Shown: positions 1 through 12,994 of the stretch, piece by piece
Layout of the letters: each line of letters begins with the position of its first letter
Position numbering within the stretch: position 1 is the first letter of the stretch
Assembly (NCBI GenBank): GCA_036630325.1
Contig: CP142726.1
Span: forward strand, 1,488,001-1,552,000
Direction: 5' to 3'
Origin: Vairimorpha necatrix
Lineage: Eukaryota
DNA: 64,000 nt
The notes under the pieces: model-generated
Databases searched by the model: none
What the model saw: only the letters and a program-made list of their open reading frames with translations
What the model was told of the DNA's origin: nothing
Translations under genes and position numbers: made by a program

Positions 1-1556
1 CTAACCTTGGAATAATGAAAACATTTTAACACTAAATACATTTATAAAATTTTTTTTTAATAAAAAAAATATACTAGCGACATTTATTTGATATAAAAGC
101 GACCGTATAAATACAACTTTCCGCCTTTTAAAAATCCATGGTTTTTTCTAATGATTTTTCGCGCCTATTTAATTTTTGTTTTACAGACTGTTTTTGTGGA
201 TAAATTATGGATATGAGAACTTCAATCTCAAAAAAAAAAGTAAGATCAATCCAATGTACACAGTTGCTTCGTTCCATGTTATCCACGAGGAAAGATATTT
301 ATTATATAAATTTTTTCATCACACATATGACTATTATTCAGGTATGTAATTTTTAAAACTTCCGATATATTGAACATTGCTTCTATTTGATTGTCTAGTA
401 ATAGAAGCATTGTAAAAAATGATATTATGAATGCTATATGGGTTTAAAATTTTTATTTCTAATATCTTAGATTGTAAACAAAGGTTTGATATAAGGCAGA
501 GTAGTAATTCAAAAGGTTATAATGTGGTTTTCGATATAAAGTTATTGTATCGAGCGATTACTTTAAAATGCGATATTTTCATTGTATTTAAATATGATCG
601 CGTCGTGGTATGGTTCTCAAGATCAAGACAGAAAAAAACATCTAAACATTGATATTAAGGTCATCTTTAATACTAAATGAGAATTCTCCTGAGTATGTTT
701 TAATTAAGTCTTCTATTCCGTCATGGTTATGTTGTAGAATTTAATATATAATTTTATGAAAGTATTTAGAACATTTAGAGCTAATTTTCTAGGAATATAG
801 ATTGTTCTACTGATGAACGAGGGTCGGTTTGCTATTCATATTATGCTAAAAATAGTCATAAATAAAAAATGAGAATATAATCACATTAGATTTTGGGGGT
901 ATTTAATTTATTTGCATGTTATGCGTCTAAATTGTTTTTCTAAGATTGATGTAACATTATTTTACATAATATATACAAAAATTAATATAGAAGATAAAAT
1001 TTCACAATAACACCGATTGATTATAATAAGGATATAGAAATATTTGTATTTTTTCAATCTGATTAATGCAGCTTTGATATAAATAATTTTTTTATTTTTA
1101 TACCTTCAAAGATATAAATATTGACGTTTAAGTTTGCTCTGTAAAATCCATACAAATTTCTTATTCTTAATACATGAATAATAAATTTTTTTTATAATTA
1201 AAATAAATACCCTTTTTTGTACAACTTAAGAAACTTCATTAAATAAGATTACAGACCTTTCTATTTTTATATGAGGTCCTTTAATTAATTATTATTATGT
1301 CTAAATGTCCAAAAGTAAAGTTTTTTGTTTAAAATTTTGAGCAGCACCAAATTAATTTTTACAACAAAATAAACAGTAACTCTAAAACACGTTTTTCCAT
1401 AAAATATTTCTCAATGTAGACGAAGAAAATAATATTATCGAAATGTTATCATACTTTAATTCAAAAGATTGCGTGTAGCTTCATAGAATCATGTAAAAAA
1501 TGTTAATTGTATGTTGTTTTGTTTTTTATCAAATATATAAAATCAGTTTAAATATT

Positions 1557-1874
1557 TTATTTGTTTATAGTTATTCCTTCTATTTTTTTATTCTTAGCTG
1601 ATTCCGCTTCCTTGTTCCAATACCATCGAAATAATTTAGCAAATAAATAAATAAAACCACAGAATATAAACCCCCCGATAAGTACATAAGCCCATGCCGT
1701 ACGGGTTTCCATGTTATCTAGTTTTTGTCCATCCTTTAATAAAAATTCAGTTTCGTTTGTATGACTACTGTTGTTATTAATTGTATGATAATAAATTTCT
1801 CTTGAAGTAGAATTCGCATTTATTGCATTAACTACAAATATTGATGATATAATAAAATAAAATAATAAACTCAT
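1557..1874 (-). CDS. Small type-I membrane protein (signal peptide, N-rich ectodomain, one TM), lineage-specific
   Basis: ATG at 1874 (MSLLFYFIISS) follows a CCCC motif; hydrophobic N-terminus, NxS/T sequons, TM AWAYVLIGGFIFCGFIYLF, basic tail. The ORF-track start at 1889 is a TTG. Confidence 0.7.
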   Translation of the reverse strand: MSLLFYFIISSIFVVNAINANSTSREIYYHTINNNSSHTNETEFLLKDGQKLDNMETRTAWAYVLIGGFIFCGFIYLFAKLFRWYWNKEAESAKNKKIEGITINK

Positions 1875-3980
1875 CTTGCGATGGGGCAAATTTTTTCGCT
1901 TAAATATTTTTTTTTAAAAAAAAATTGCTTAAAACAGTAAATAGTATACAAAAATTTTAGTTTTTATTAAAAAATTAAGTGTGGCAAATTTTATAATTTA
2001 ATAATTTATATATCTAAATGTATCTTGTTTTTTAAAACAATATGTTAAATATCTTAATTTTTTTAATATATCTATTTTGAAACTTATATAAAAATTGTTC
2101 AAATAAAAATTTTACAAAATTAAAGGAAGAACAATTTATGTTTTAAAAAAAAATGCTAAATAAAAAATTCATCCTTTTATACCTTATTTACTACTTTGAA
2201 TAATATATTTAAAATAAACATAGAATATTTCGATTTTCTAATAATTTACTGAAAAAAATTAGCTGATAGATCAATGTATCGAAATTATTGTTATTTTGCG
2301 TTTTAATGCGCTAACTATGGTTTATCTAAAATATGGCATTAAAAATTAAATGATATTTGTTGACAAAGAATGATTATAAACTAATAATTCTATTTTTTTC
2401 TGGGCAAACACTTTTGAAAAATTTTATTTTTTGATTTTTTTTTTCCTATGTCATAGGAAAATTCTCATAATGGCTAGATGGTTGTTAACGATAAATAGAT
2501 AAATTTAGTGAGTTTTCTTACCTTAGAAATTCTTAAATGTTAAAGATTATCTAATTTATGAAATTTAATGTCATAGTTTATAGTATTGTAATTAAAACCA
2601 CATTTACATTTTTCCGATAATAAATAAATTTACCGATAATTAATATATTTCCTACCAAATTTATTCTCTATTAAAATGAAACGCAAACTCTATTTTTGAA
2701 ACGTAATGTAAAAACCTAATGCTTTAATGTATTGACATTTACATTTTCAAACATTTATTTTTTAGAGTTTAAATACGTGTTCCAAATTACCCTGCCGCGT
2801 AGACATTATCAAAATAGTGAATATCATATATTTCGTGCTAAGTAGATGGACCACCTCTCTTCTTTGATAACATAAACTTAATGTATTCTTCAAAACAAAA
2901 TCAATTTTCCATCTCTGCGGCGTACTTTCTTACCACTTTACCATACTCCATATATAAAGATTATTCTGTCATAAATTTAGGCAATGTCCCAATCAATTTA
3001 CACAAATAGCATATGTAAGAATTTATATTTTTTGCTAAAACCAGTCGATACTTGTCTGTTATATCCTGAATCATATCTTTGATTCTTTTTTTTTATATTA
3101 AAGTTATTTATTATTAGAGTTGTTAAAATGAAAAAACATAGTAATATATATTTGTTCAATAATGCATAAAAACAAACTAATAGTTTGAGATACTGTATTT
3201 TTTATTTGTATTGTTGATTTTTTATTTACTATAAAGCGAAAAACTATAATTTTGTATTTTAGTACAAATTAAAGATATAAGATTTTTGATTTTTTTATTG
3301 TAATCTTTTTTTTTGTGTTCCATATTGAGTTCAAGAATATCACTTTGTTTTTTTGTTCGAGGATTACACCTTCATCTTTCCTCTATGATATTCCACGAAA
3401 CCCCTCTCAAAGTATTCTACATTGTAATTTTTTTTATTGGTTGGTATGTTATTTTGAGTCTTTTTACGTTTCAAAAAAAATTTATTTATCAATAACCAAG
3501 GTTATTTGGTGTTAAGGGGATTTTGTGTTGCTATGATTCAAATAAAGGTAAAATGTTTTTGGCAAATTTATACAGCTATTTATTTTTAATTTGTTTGTTT
3601 TTTATTAAAAATCTTTTCTAATGTTAAGGTCGATTAATTTATTCCTTGTGGAAAATATTTATACAATAATTGATGAAAATCATTAAGTAAATGACAATAT
3701 TTAATTAATATTTTTAATTAACATTAAATAATTTCGTTATCGGCCAGAAACACAATACATTCATACAATAGATTTTTGTTTGGAATAAAGTATAATATTG
3801 TAAATGTTTAATAATACGTTTTAGTAGTAGGACGCTATGAGCAAAGCATGAACTACATTTGCCATAACATCTTCTTGTATGAGTATTGTACATTTAATGA
3901 TAACAATAGTAAGTTTTTGAGAAGCAAAATGATATTGAAAGTCTACAAACTACGAAAAATCAAAATAGCTTTATTTTCTT

Positions 3981-4301
3981 TTATTGATATATAGTGACGA
4001 TTTTGCAATTTTCTGCTTTAGTAGTTTCTAATTTACGCCAACTTTTACATTTTATAAAAGGAAATTTCATCAAACGAATAATAACACAAACGCAAATTAT
4101 GAGAACCAAAATACCCAGAAGCAATCGTTTTACAATTTTTCTAGCATATAAATCATTATCATAATTTTTATTTTCCGAGACATAGGTATTGGTGTTATCA
4201 TTATTGGTCGTAGAATTCTGAACATGCGTTAAAGTAACATTTGTTTTTATAATATTCCTTAATAATATTGATAAGTAAAGAAAGGATAATAACGAAACCA
4301 T
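3981..4301 (-). CDS. Small type-I membrane protein, same architecture as 1557..1874
   Basis: CCCAAATG start context; signal-like N-terminus, N/T-rich linker, TM LLLGILVLIICVCVII, tail FPFIKC. Confidence 0.7.
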   Translation of the reverse strand: MVSLLSFLYLSILLRNIIKTNVTLTHVQNSTTNNDNTNTYVSENKNYDNDLYARKIVKRLLLGILVLIICVCVIIRLMKFPFIKCKSWRKLETTKAENCKIVTIYQ

Positions 4302-5974
4302 TTGGGACTAAAAAAATTTTAGTAAATATTTTGATCACAAATCTATGTCATTGATTAAAAGTATAGAAAACAGACCTTAAATCCTTTATATGATGTGTAT
4401 TGGTGTAGTTTAAGAATAACAATATGCATGTATAATTGATTAAAGCACAATACCTACACTTATGATCTAAATTATATGTCATCTAAATTTGTAACCAAAT
4501 TTTTTTAATTATCTCATAGATTGGCTAGATTTTATATAACGCCAATATTTTATCATAAAACAAACGGGATGTAAAATGCTAAAAAAAGAGGATCTATTTG
4601 TCTTCTTTGCTGTGTTTTTAACCTAAAATTAATATATCACATAAATGCCGCTTAAATCTTTTTAAAAATTAATATAAACAATGTTATAGCCCACAGTTTC
4701 ATTAGATCTATGAGCAGCGTCAGCGCCGCGTACAAAAGATATCAACATAGATATTTTTTAAAAAACATAAAATATATGAATTTTTTTAAACATAAACTCA
4801 ATTCAGATAGATAATGATCCAATAATTTTCATTTAAAATCAGCAAGTGAGAGTGAAAATTTTTTTAAATGAAAAAGGAAATAAAAAAGAACAAAAATATT
4901 TATTATATACATTTTTTGGTGATTGGTATATTAATTTATACAAAATTTCTGGCAAATTCTAGTTGGAAAAATCTTGAAGTCGAAATATAAATGACTTATG
5001 TATATAATATTGTGTATAATGAATCTTAGATAAATTTATATTTATAGGCTATGTATTTATTTTAAGCTATTGTTTTTATAAGAGGCGGATACAGAATTAA
5101 CTAGTAGCATATCGCAGGAAATCTGCTTTTCAAAATGACTAATAATTGAGTTTATTTTTTATATTTTTATCATTTTCTGTGTGTAATTTTATATAATAAT
5201 GTGAAATAAACTATTGATCGATTTTTTATGTCATCTAAGTCTTATCTTTTATTAATTTATCAAATTTTATTTTGCACTAATAATATCATTAAATAAAAAT
5301 GCGATTTTATGGTTTTCAGTGGATCGTTATACCCCTCTTTTGTCTGCTTGAAATGTACCGATTTCTAACAACTTTTAAGGCTAATATTTTAACAATAGTT
5401 CTATTAGATAAGATACCCACGGGGTTCTTATAATCTTGTTCCGGATGTGTGTTTGAATCGGCTGATATGTCTTACGCTTGAACTTATTCACTGTGTTCTT
5501 TATTCATTATTGTCAAAGTTATGTATATGATATTTTCTTTGCATAAGGTTATAAATAGGGATCAGTTCGTTTGGGCTTTATCATATTTCGTAAATAATTT
5601 TCTCTTACTTTTTGTAGTACATCTTGAAAAAAGGCTTTCCGGCGTCTAATTCATTTTTATTAGTCAATTATATTGTAATATAGATTTTTTTTATATTTCT
5701 AGAATATTTTTTTGGTGTGTCAACGCATGAAACGAATAAGGAAAATAGATCATTTAAATGTATTTCGATTACATATTATCTGTTGTGTATTTATTAAGTT
5801 TTTAAATATGTATAACATATTTTTTTCGATCTCGTAAAAAAAAAACTAATTTACCACGTCTAAATGTATATTTAAAATTTCTATATATGTATTTATGAAT
5901 GACAAATTAACAATTTTGGTTTTAAGATATAATAAATAACTAATTTAATTTTTTTATTTTTAATAGTTTGATTG

Positions 5975-6260
5975 TCAATTTTCCTCCTTGTTTGACTCAT
6001 CAGCATAAACCCATCTACATTTTAGAAAGGGAAATTGCAACAAATGCTTAATGTCTACAACACAAAACACGAGAATTATTGCAAGGCATTGAATTGCAAA
6101 AATATTTGATACGGAGACATCTTCATTAATGAGTTTATCTTCAGCAACATGCGTACGATTATTGTTATCGTCAAAAAAATTCATCTGGCAATTCGGCATT
6201 TGCTCTTACTGCAGCTTCTACTAATATTTGTATCTTAAAAAATTGTAAAAACGAGTTCAT
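5975..6260 (-). pseudogene. Frameshifted small membrane-protein paralog (or homopolymer assembly error)
   Basis: ATG at 6260 gives MNSFLQFFKIQILVEAAVRANAELPDEFF then TGA at a T7 run (6173-6179); removing one T joins it to DDNNNRTHV...FPFLKC, matching FPFIKC of 3981..4301. Confidence 0.55.
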
Positions 6261-7055
6261 ATGTGGTAAATTTTTTTTTGATATTTTTGTTATTCAACAA
6301 AATATAATTTTGCCGAGTATTAAGTGAAAAAAATGTTCTTTATTACAATATCTAGTGTTATACAGTAATTAAATATCAAATTTATCTATATTTAAGAGGA
6401 TACTTTAAAAGACATATCACCATTGTGTTTACTTCAATTAATAGTTATTTACATATTATATCGTAGTTTGTATGTTAAACAACTATATACTTTTAAAAAA
6501 GAGCTTTTATCATAAGTGAAGTCATATAATAACAGACAAAAAAATAATATTATTGCGGGACAAGATATAATATTTCAACTACATTAAATTAAAACTAGTT
6601 TTGATTAAATTTTTGACATAACATTCGAATATTTAACATTTAGATATTTCTATTTATCCTATGCAGTCCAAAATTTTGTGATTGTCTAAAAATTAGGCCA
6701 AAATATTCCGATTTTTTGCAATTGTGTTATATTTACTTTTATGTCAATATTTATATTCTTAAATTATCTTTTCGCTTTGAAAATTGCTATTTCTTTCTAT
6801 ACTATTTTAATATGATTTGATAAAAAATTATCATAATTGTCATTTGCTTAATATAATTGTAACTAGTACATGATTTCTTTATTTCAAAATGTCGTGTAAA
6901 AAAAAACATTTTAGATTGTATTATCTGACTTTTATAGTGTCAATGGCTACTTAAATCCATATATAATTTATTTAAGTATAAAATCATACTAATTACTTTT
7001 CAAAAGATACGCTCACAATTTTTTTTTACAGTTCTTGGAGTTTTTTCTAAAGTTT

Positions 7056-7600
7056 TTATATTGGGCTCTTAAATGCCCCTTCCTGCTCAGTATCAAGACC
7101 ATGTTGGATTGTCATAGTTAAGCTTTCTAAAGTAATTTTAAGGACTCTTGTTTGTATATATGCTTCCGTTCTGGGTTCTAATCGGAGCTCTTTGATATGC
7201 ACGCGGAGAAAATTAGTTACTATTCCATCCCTAGTCATTATTTAAGGAATTATTTTCGGCTTATATTTATAGAGAGAAGGCATATGATTTACAAGCAAGT
7301 CGTATTTATGTTTCTAAATTAATTTACATATTATTATACTCTCTCATTTTGATTGTGTTCCACTGTTTACTTTTATCTCAATCTTTTCATTTGATTTTTG
7401 ATTCTCTTCTAATAAAATTTCCATCTTTTTATCATTGGATAAGACTTAAGCCTTATTACAGCTGTAAGTATAGATTGGAGCAGGCACATGATCATATTAA
7501 AAGGCCATATGATCTACTGTTTTTGCGGCCTCAAGATTGAGAGCATCTTTCATTAAAATGTTTCTATTTTGTGTGCACATGCTTTGCCTTACTAATTTGA
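7056..7600 (-). mobile_element. Degenerate 3' fragment of a non-LTR retrotransposon (restriction-like endonuclease type)
   Basis: Broken minus-strand frames give RKTVDHMA, KYDLL, IIP*IMTRDGIVT and EAYIQTRVLKITLESL, resembling the zinc-knuckle/REL-endonuclease C-terminus of microsporidian LINE-like ORFs; multiple stops and frameshifts. Confidence 0.65.
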
Positions 7601-8142
7601 GTTATGTTTACATTTTTTTTTCATGTAGCATCTTGTTTATTATCTACAAGAAGATAGTTATTGGGTAATACCATGCATATTACTGCATTTTAAGCCTCGG
7701 AAATTTACAAGTGTATCTTTATTTTAAAAAATTTTGCTTCGTATTTCTTTCTATACTTGTTAAATTCGTGTGGCTGTTCTTTTCAGAGTGCGCAATTCCT
7801 TTGCGTCTAAGTCATTTTTGTTTATAAACTATTCATGTCGAAATATTTATTTTGTTTTTTAGTTGAAGCTCTCTTACAGAATTTTATGCACAAATTTATG
7901 CATAAACTTTATTTGTTTGTTTATAAATTCCTTATCGATAGATATTTATTGCTATAAGATCATATTTGTAAATTTTTTGTCTAATTTGCATATTTTTTGT
8001 CTAATATGTCAGTTTTTTTGTCTAATGCTTTTATTTATGTATTAAATAAGAATAAAGATTTGTGGCCAATATTGGCCTTGGTCATTTATGCAAATTACAA
8101 GTAAATTTAAAAGAATATTTTTTTTTATTTTGTTTTTTTATC

Positions 8143-8649
8143 TTATAATTCCAGTGTTTTCTCTGTTAATCTCATCACTTTCCTGGTATATGCATTTATA
8201 TCATTTCTATATTCAGTAGCAGCATCTAAATTCGCCGGACTATCACAATTCGGACTATTTAATAGACACACTATGCTCATTATAACACTCTCTGGATGTC
8301 TTACTGGCATCCATCTTTCATTCAGTTCTTCGTACCCATAGGCGTCTTCTCCCGGTTTATGTAAAATGCTAATACACACATTCCCGTCACTGTCTATATT
8401 TGGATGCCACATTTCAGAAATAAATCTAAAAGAAGGTGGAGCTTCAGGATAATTTACTGGGAAGATCATCTTGGCTTTAAATATGCCATTTTCGTATGGT
8501 GTATCTCTTGGACCAAATATTAAGACTTCCCAAGTATAAATATTATTTTCAATTAGGCCTACACTAAAATGTTCATTAATTTTTTCTTGGATTTTTTTGT
8601 ATTCGTTGAGAATAAAAACTTTTGATCTGTTCCCTTCGTTTTGTATCAT
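8143..8649 (-). CDS. Ubiquitin-conjugating enzyme E2, Ubc7/UBE2G-Cdc34 class
   Basis: HPN motif and catalytic Cys ([17 protein letters not shown]) followed by the acidic loop [15 protein letters not shown]. Confidence 0.93.
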
Positions 8650-8782
8650 TTTGATTTTAGGGGAAAATTTTCAAGAAATTTATAAAATTTTAAAAATGGA
8701 AAATTTGCAAATTCGTTACTGTTTGAAAATTGATGATATTTTTTTGCTTTTTTTCTTGTTTATTTTTTTGGTTTTTTTTATA

Positions 8783-8791
8783 CCCCAAATG
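8783..8791 (+). promoter_or_regulatory. Microsporidian CCC-like start-proximal motif (example; recurs across the window)
   Basis: CCC within about 15 bp of the ATG at 8789, 15741, 17142, 18281, 21440, 22595, 28164, 36264, 37471 and most minus-strand genes. Confidence 0.85.
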
Positions 8792-9265
8792 ATCGACACT
8801 ACGTTGAAATACAAAATATTTCCAGAACAAAAAGGCGTCTCTCTTGATCCTTACGCCACTGCTGAAGAATTAAAAGCCAGTAGAAGGATAAATGAAATGA
8901 GAGAAGGCTTTACAGTCCCCAAGACTGCTATAGACGCCACTTATATTGACAAGAAATGCCCTTTTACAGGGGATGTCAAAGTGACTGGTAAGATCTTTGA
9001 AGGGGTAGTTTACAAAATGAAAGCTGATAAAACTATAGTAGTAAGAATCAATAGACTTGTCTATAATAAGAAATACAGGAGATATGGGAGAAGACACACT
9101 AATGTGAGTACTCATATGTCACCATGTTTTGAAGGGCTTATTCATGTTGGAGACACAGTCATCTGTGGAGAGACAAGAAGACTTAGTAAAACTAAGAGTA
9201 GCGTAGTACTAGATTTTAGAAAAAAGAGTACTGAAGGAAACTTCAAGAGATTAGAAGATTTCTAA
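8789..9265 (+). CDS. RPS11: 40S ribosomal protein S11 (uS17)
   Basis: [30 protein letters not shown] motifs; true ATG at 8789 after CCCCAA (ORF track over-extends upstream); divergent from the E2 gene across about 140 bp. Confidence 0.95.
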
Positions 9266-9679
9266 TAAATTAATTATTATAAAAAAAAGTAAATATTTTT
9301 ACAGTCTAAACTCTTCAATTTTAAAATTCAAAGAATAAGCTTTATTGGCTATTTATGAAGTAGCAACTAAAATTTAAAACCAAATCTTGTTACGAGTAAT
9401 TTTTAACATTTTATAGCTATATCTAGTCTTTTTAAATCTACAAAGTAGCAAAGTAGTCTATGAATATAATTTCAATCGCAATTTACTAAACGAGTAAATT
9501 TTCATATTTGTAAGCTATAGTTAGTCTTGCCGATCTAAAATAGTTTAAAAAAATGTGATCCATAAAATTATTATATCTTTTTAAATATTTTGTCAATTAC
9601 ATAATCTATACATTCCAAAAACATTGGTTTCCTTAAATACATTTTTTGTCCATTATTTAACTCTTTTATGAGGTTTATA

Positions 9680-11090
9680 AATGATTATATCAGTAGGTAA
9701 CAATTTTATAAAAATACTTGAACTAAAATTGATTTTTTTTTCTAAAACCACATCACTTTTCTGTAAATCATTTTGATTAAACTTGACTTTTGATTCTTGA
9801 TTTTTTACGAAAAACATTTAAATTATTTTTTAAACATAATAAATATCTCTTAAGCTTGTTTTTGTAATGATCTTTTTGTTCTGTGTGAATTAAACAATGA
9901 CGTTATTAAATTAAAAAGTAAAGAAAAAACAAAATACTTAAAAATTATAAGCAAAGAACAACAATTTTTAGGTTTACCCAGCAAATAAACATTAATAATC
10001 GTTTTAACATTATTAAACAGCTGTTTTTGTTCGTTTAGAAAGTACAAATGTTTTTAATACCATTTGACATTAATTAAATTAATATAAATATAAATTTCCT
10101 CTATTACCCATAAAATGAATATGAATTATTTAGTACTATTCAATATTCTTACAATAGTAAAATCGTCTCATGCAGAACATGTAAATGAAGGCGCGGCCGA
10201 AAATGAAGTTATAGATATCGGAAATGAAACTGTTAAAGATAAACATGAAGAATTGGATGAAAAGCCTGTAGACAAAGACGAGAACGAAGATGCGGATATC
10301 AAGAATCTAGTAATAGACGATCATCCAGTAGGCATTAAGAAAGAATATCTGAATGTTATCGAATTCGTTGATATGATTTCTGATATCATGAATATCGAAA
10401 CTGATCCCCAAAAAGATGTATTAATAGGCATTTATACATATTTCGATGGCCAAATCGACCAAAAGTCTCTTTTGTTTACTGCCGCAAGTTTACTCAATAC
10501 TGATAATTTTACCAAGATGGTCGATCCTGATGATAATAATAAGTATAAAAGAAGAGGCTTATTACGAATCAAAGATAGTTGTAATTATAAATTACTTACT
10601 AAATTATCGGGAATTGAAGATTATTACAATTATCCCGAGAAACTGGAAGAAACAAATACCCAAACAGTGTGTGATACAATAAAGTATTATGGGTATGTTA
10701 TGAAAGACGATTATACTGTAAGAAATTATCTGAGAGTAATGGGGGAAGGCGATTATGGACAGATAAAAGATATGCCTGATGTAGTTAACCTTGTAAGGCT
10801 TTATGAAGATTTTAAGAGACTGTTTGTTTTGTAAACTAATTAAAAGTATTTATTTAATAACTAATTATTTTTTATATAAGATTGACAGTATTATGTACTG
10901 TAAAATGAAACAATATGTGTATGATCATCATAATTATATAATTACAAAGATCTATACCACGTGGGACTTAATTTTGTTGTTTAAAAAAAACATTCTGTAT
11001 ATATAGTACAGATTTATAAACGGATAAATACATAGAACAAGTTCCTTGATACATAAGTAATTATACACAAAGCAAAACATTAAAGAATAA
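9680..11090 (+). repeat. Segmental duplication copy 1 (~1.4 kb; copy 2 at 13971-15373)
   Basis: Direct match from AATGATTATATCAGTA to CATTAAAGAATAA, including gene and flanks. Confidence 0.95.
10115..10834 (+). CDS. Putative secreted protein, 239 aa, paralog A
   Basis: CCC upstream of ATG, signal-like N-terminus, acidic N-terminal half; intact paralog at 14399. Confidence 0.85.
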   Translation: MNMNYLVLFNILTIVKSSHAEHVNEGAAENEVIDIGNETVKDKHEELDEKPVDKDENEDADIKNLVIDDHPVGIKKEYLNVIEFVDMISDIMNIETDPQKDVLIGIYTYFDGQIDQKSLLFTAASLLNTDNFTKMVDPDDNNKYKRRGLLRIKDSCNYKLLTKLSGIEDYYNYPEKLEETNTQTVCDTIKYYGYVMKDDYTVRNYLRVMGEGDYGQIKDMPDVVNLVRLYEDFKRLFVL

Positions 11091-11502
11091 GGATTTTTTG
11101 CTTTAGCCTTCCTTACTAATTTAGATTCAAAATTTTTATTTTTAGCCTGTTTTCTAAAGTCGAAGCGGAAAATTGTAGACGAGCAAAAATGAAAAAAATA
11201 TAGTTTTAATAAAATAGCAGAATTATCAAAAACGATAAAAATTTTTCTGGGTTTTTTATTATTTTCCCTTTTATTAAATGATCAAGACTTATCCATATTG
11301 TACATTCCATGTATAATAAAGGTAAGTCTTGATTAATCTCTATATAAACAATATTATATAAGGTTTTTACATCGACAAAAACGATATTTCTTCAATAAAT
11401 CAAAATTATAGAAATATATGTCATTTAACTCTTGAGAGAAATATAACATATCATATTAATTTATGTTTTATATGATTCAAAAAACACATAAAAGATTATA
11501 AA

Positions 11503-12761
11503 GGGTGAAAGATACCACAGTACCCCCCTCTGGGGGTGTTTACTTTAATTTTTCGAGCCCCCAAAACGAAGTGCAAAAAAAGGAGGAGCAGGAAGGGGAC
11601 AAAAATTACTAGATCTTTATGATAGTAAAAATAATAATTAATTATATATTTAGATATAAAAATTGATTTTAAAATAAGATTTATTAGTAAAATGCCTTTT
11701 TTATTAACATTTCGAACGTATTTATAGGATTATTTCTTTTAAAAGTAAATAAATTTAGATAACGATTTATATCCTTTTCAGTCCGATGTCTGGCAGGAAT
11801 CACTCTTTTAACACCAGCCCATGTCCTTCAATCGTGTTAGTACGAACACCATTCTCTGGATTTATAAAACCAAGAGAATGGTTAACAGTGTAGTGTTCGT
11901 ACAACCCCAATTGATTTAAATTTTTATAATCTTTCCAACAGTCGGTAAATACAATACTTCCGGGACTTACATATTTTTTTATTAATCTTGCAAGAGTTTC
12001 GGCTTTTCTGTTTTTTACTTTTAGAAGCACTAGACTTCTTTCGGCTGTTCTTTCCACCACCCAATTACCCACACACTGTCAACTTTGTGGCCTTTGTTGT
12101 ATTTTTTCTTTCCGAATTTAGATTCATCAATCTCTACAATTATACCTGGACCTCCTATTTTTTTATTGCCAGTTATATGTTTACTACTTTTTCTGATAAT
12201 TCTATAGATTGTTTTTTTGTAGATATTAAGTAGGTTTTTTATCATTCTGAAAGTTGTATTTTTAAACAATAGATATAGAACCTGACATATTTTTAACCAA
12301 GACAATTTAGCATTTAAAAAGGCTTCTTTTTTGTTATTATATATTCTTTTCGACATCCTTTTGCGGTACAAAACATTTGATTCTGTATTTCCAAACGTCG
12401 ATGTACATTTCCAAGACATAATGGACAAGCCTGCCTTCTAATGTACTTAAAATCATTTTTCCATTATTTTCTCGACATCCTTATAGAGATCTGTCATTTT
12501 AAAGCGCTATTAAATAAAAACTAGGATAAAGAAAATAAATTTGTATAAATTTTAATTTTTTTATATCATATATTTAGAAACAAAATTTGGTTTGAAATTC
12601 AATTTTAAGTCATTTCATTATTTTATTATGTATTTTTACTATCATAAAGTTCTAGTAATTTTTGACCCCTTCCTGCTCCTCCTTTTTTTGCACTTCGTTT
12701 TGGAAGTTCGAAAAAATAAAGTAAACACCCTCAGAGGGGGGTACTGTGGTACCTCTCTTCC
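11503..12761 (-). mobile_element. Merlin (IS1016/IS1595-ISXO2-like) DNA transposon 1
   Basis: ~130-bp imperfect TIRs starting GG (11503-11633 / ~12631-12761); perfect 9-bp TSD GATTATAAA at 11494-11502 and 12762-12770; internal DDE transposase. Confidence 0.93.
11684..12497 (-). pseudogene. Merlin/ISXO2-like DDE transposase, frameshifted
   Basis: Zn ribbon CPLC...CTAKGC, GGPGIIVEIDESKFG, VFTDCW, VNHS, TNTIEG; split over several frames (about 3 frameshifts). Confidence 0.9.
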
Positions 12762-12994
12762 GATTATAAATAATACATATTACATCATTGTTAGACTACA
12801 AAAATCAATGAAGTACCACTAATATATATACTTAAAAAAATAATAACTTAGCCTAGAATCTGTTATAAATAACAAAAACTGATTGGAAACATGTCTAATA
12901 ATAACAAAAATAAATTCTAATGACAAAAGAGCAAAGATAATCTTACAAATTTAGACTGATTTTAACACATTATTAAAAGGTAAAAGAATTAATG

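Larger units (their letters stand above)
11091..12980. repeat. Dispersed hairpin-bearing repeat, copy 1 (interrupted by Merlin element 1 at 11503-12761)
   Basis: 11095-11500 aligns by eye with 56705-57120 and 12775-12980 with 57655-57867 (e.g. AAGTCGAARCGGAA, ATGTATAATAAAGRTAAGTCTTGAT, CCTAGAATCTG). Confidence 0.75.

Noticed and set aside
2780-3085. Possible Gag zinc-knuckle relic (CYLCKLIG) on the minus strand
   Set aside because: Single partial motif in broken frames; too weak to call
8597-8788. Hydrophobic N-terminal extension on RPS11
   Set aside because: Artefact of an upstream TTG; this is the shared divergent promoter, and the CCC-ATG is at 8789
10803-11006. 67-aa ORF duplicated at 15087..15290
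   Set aside because: Overlaps the 3' end of the real gene; identity is explained by the segmental duplication
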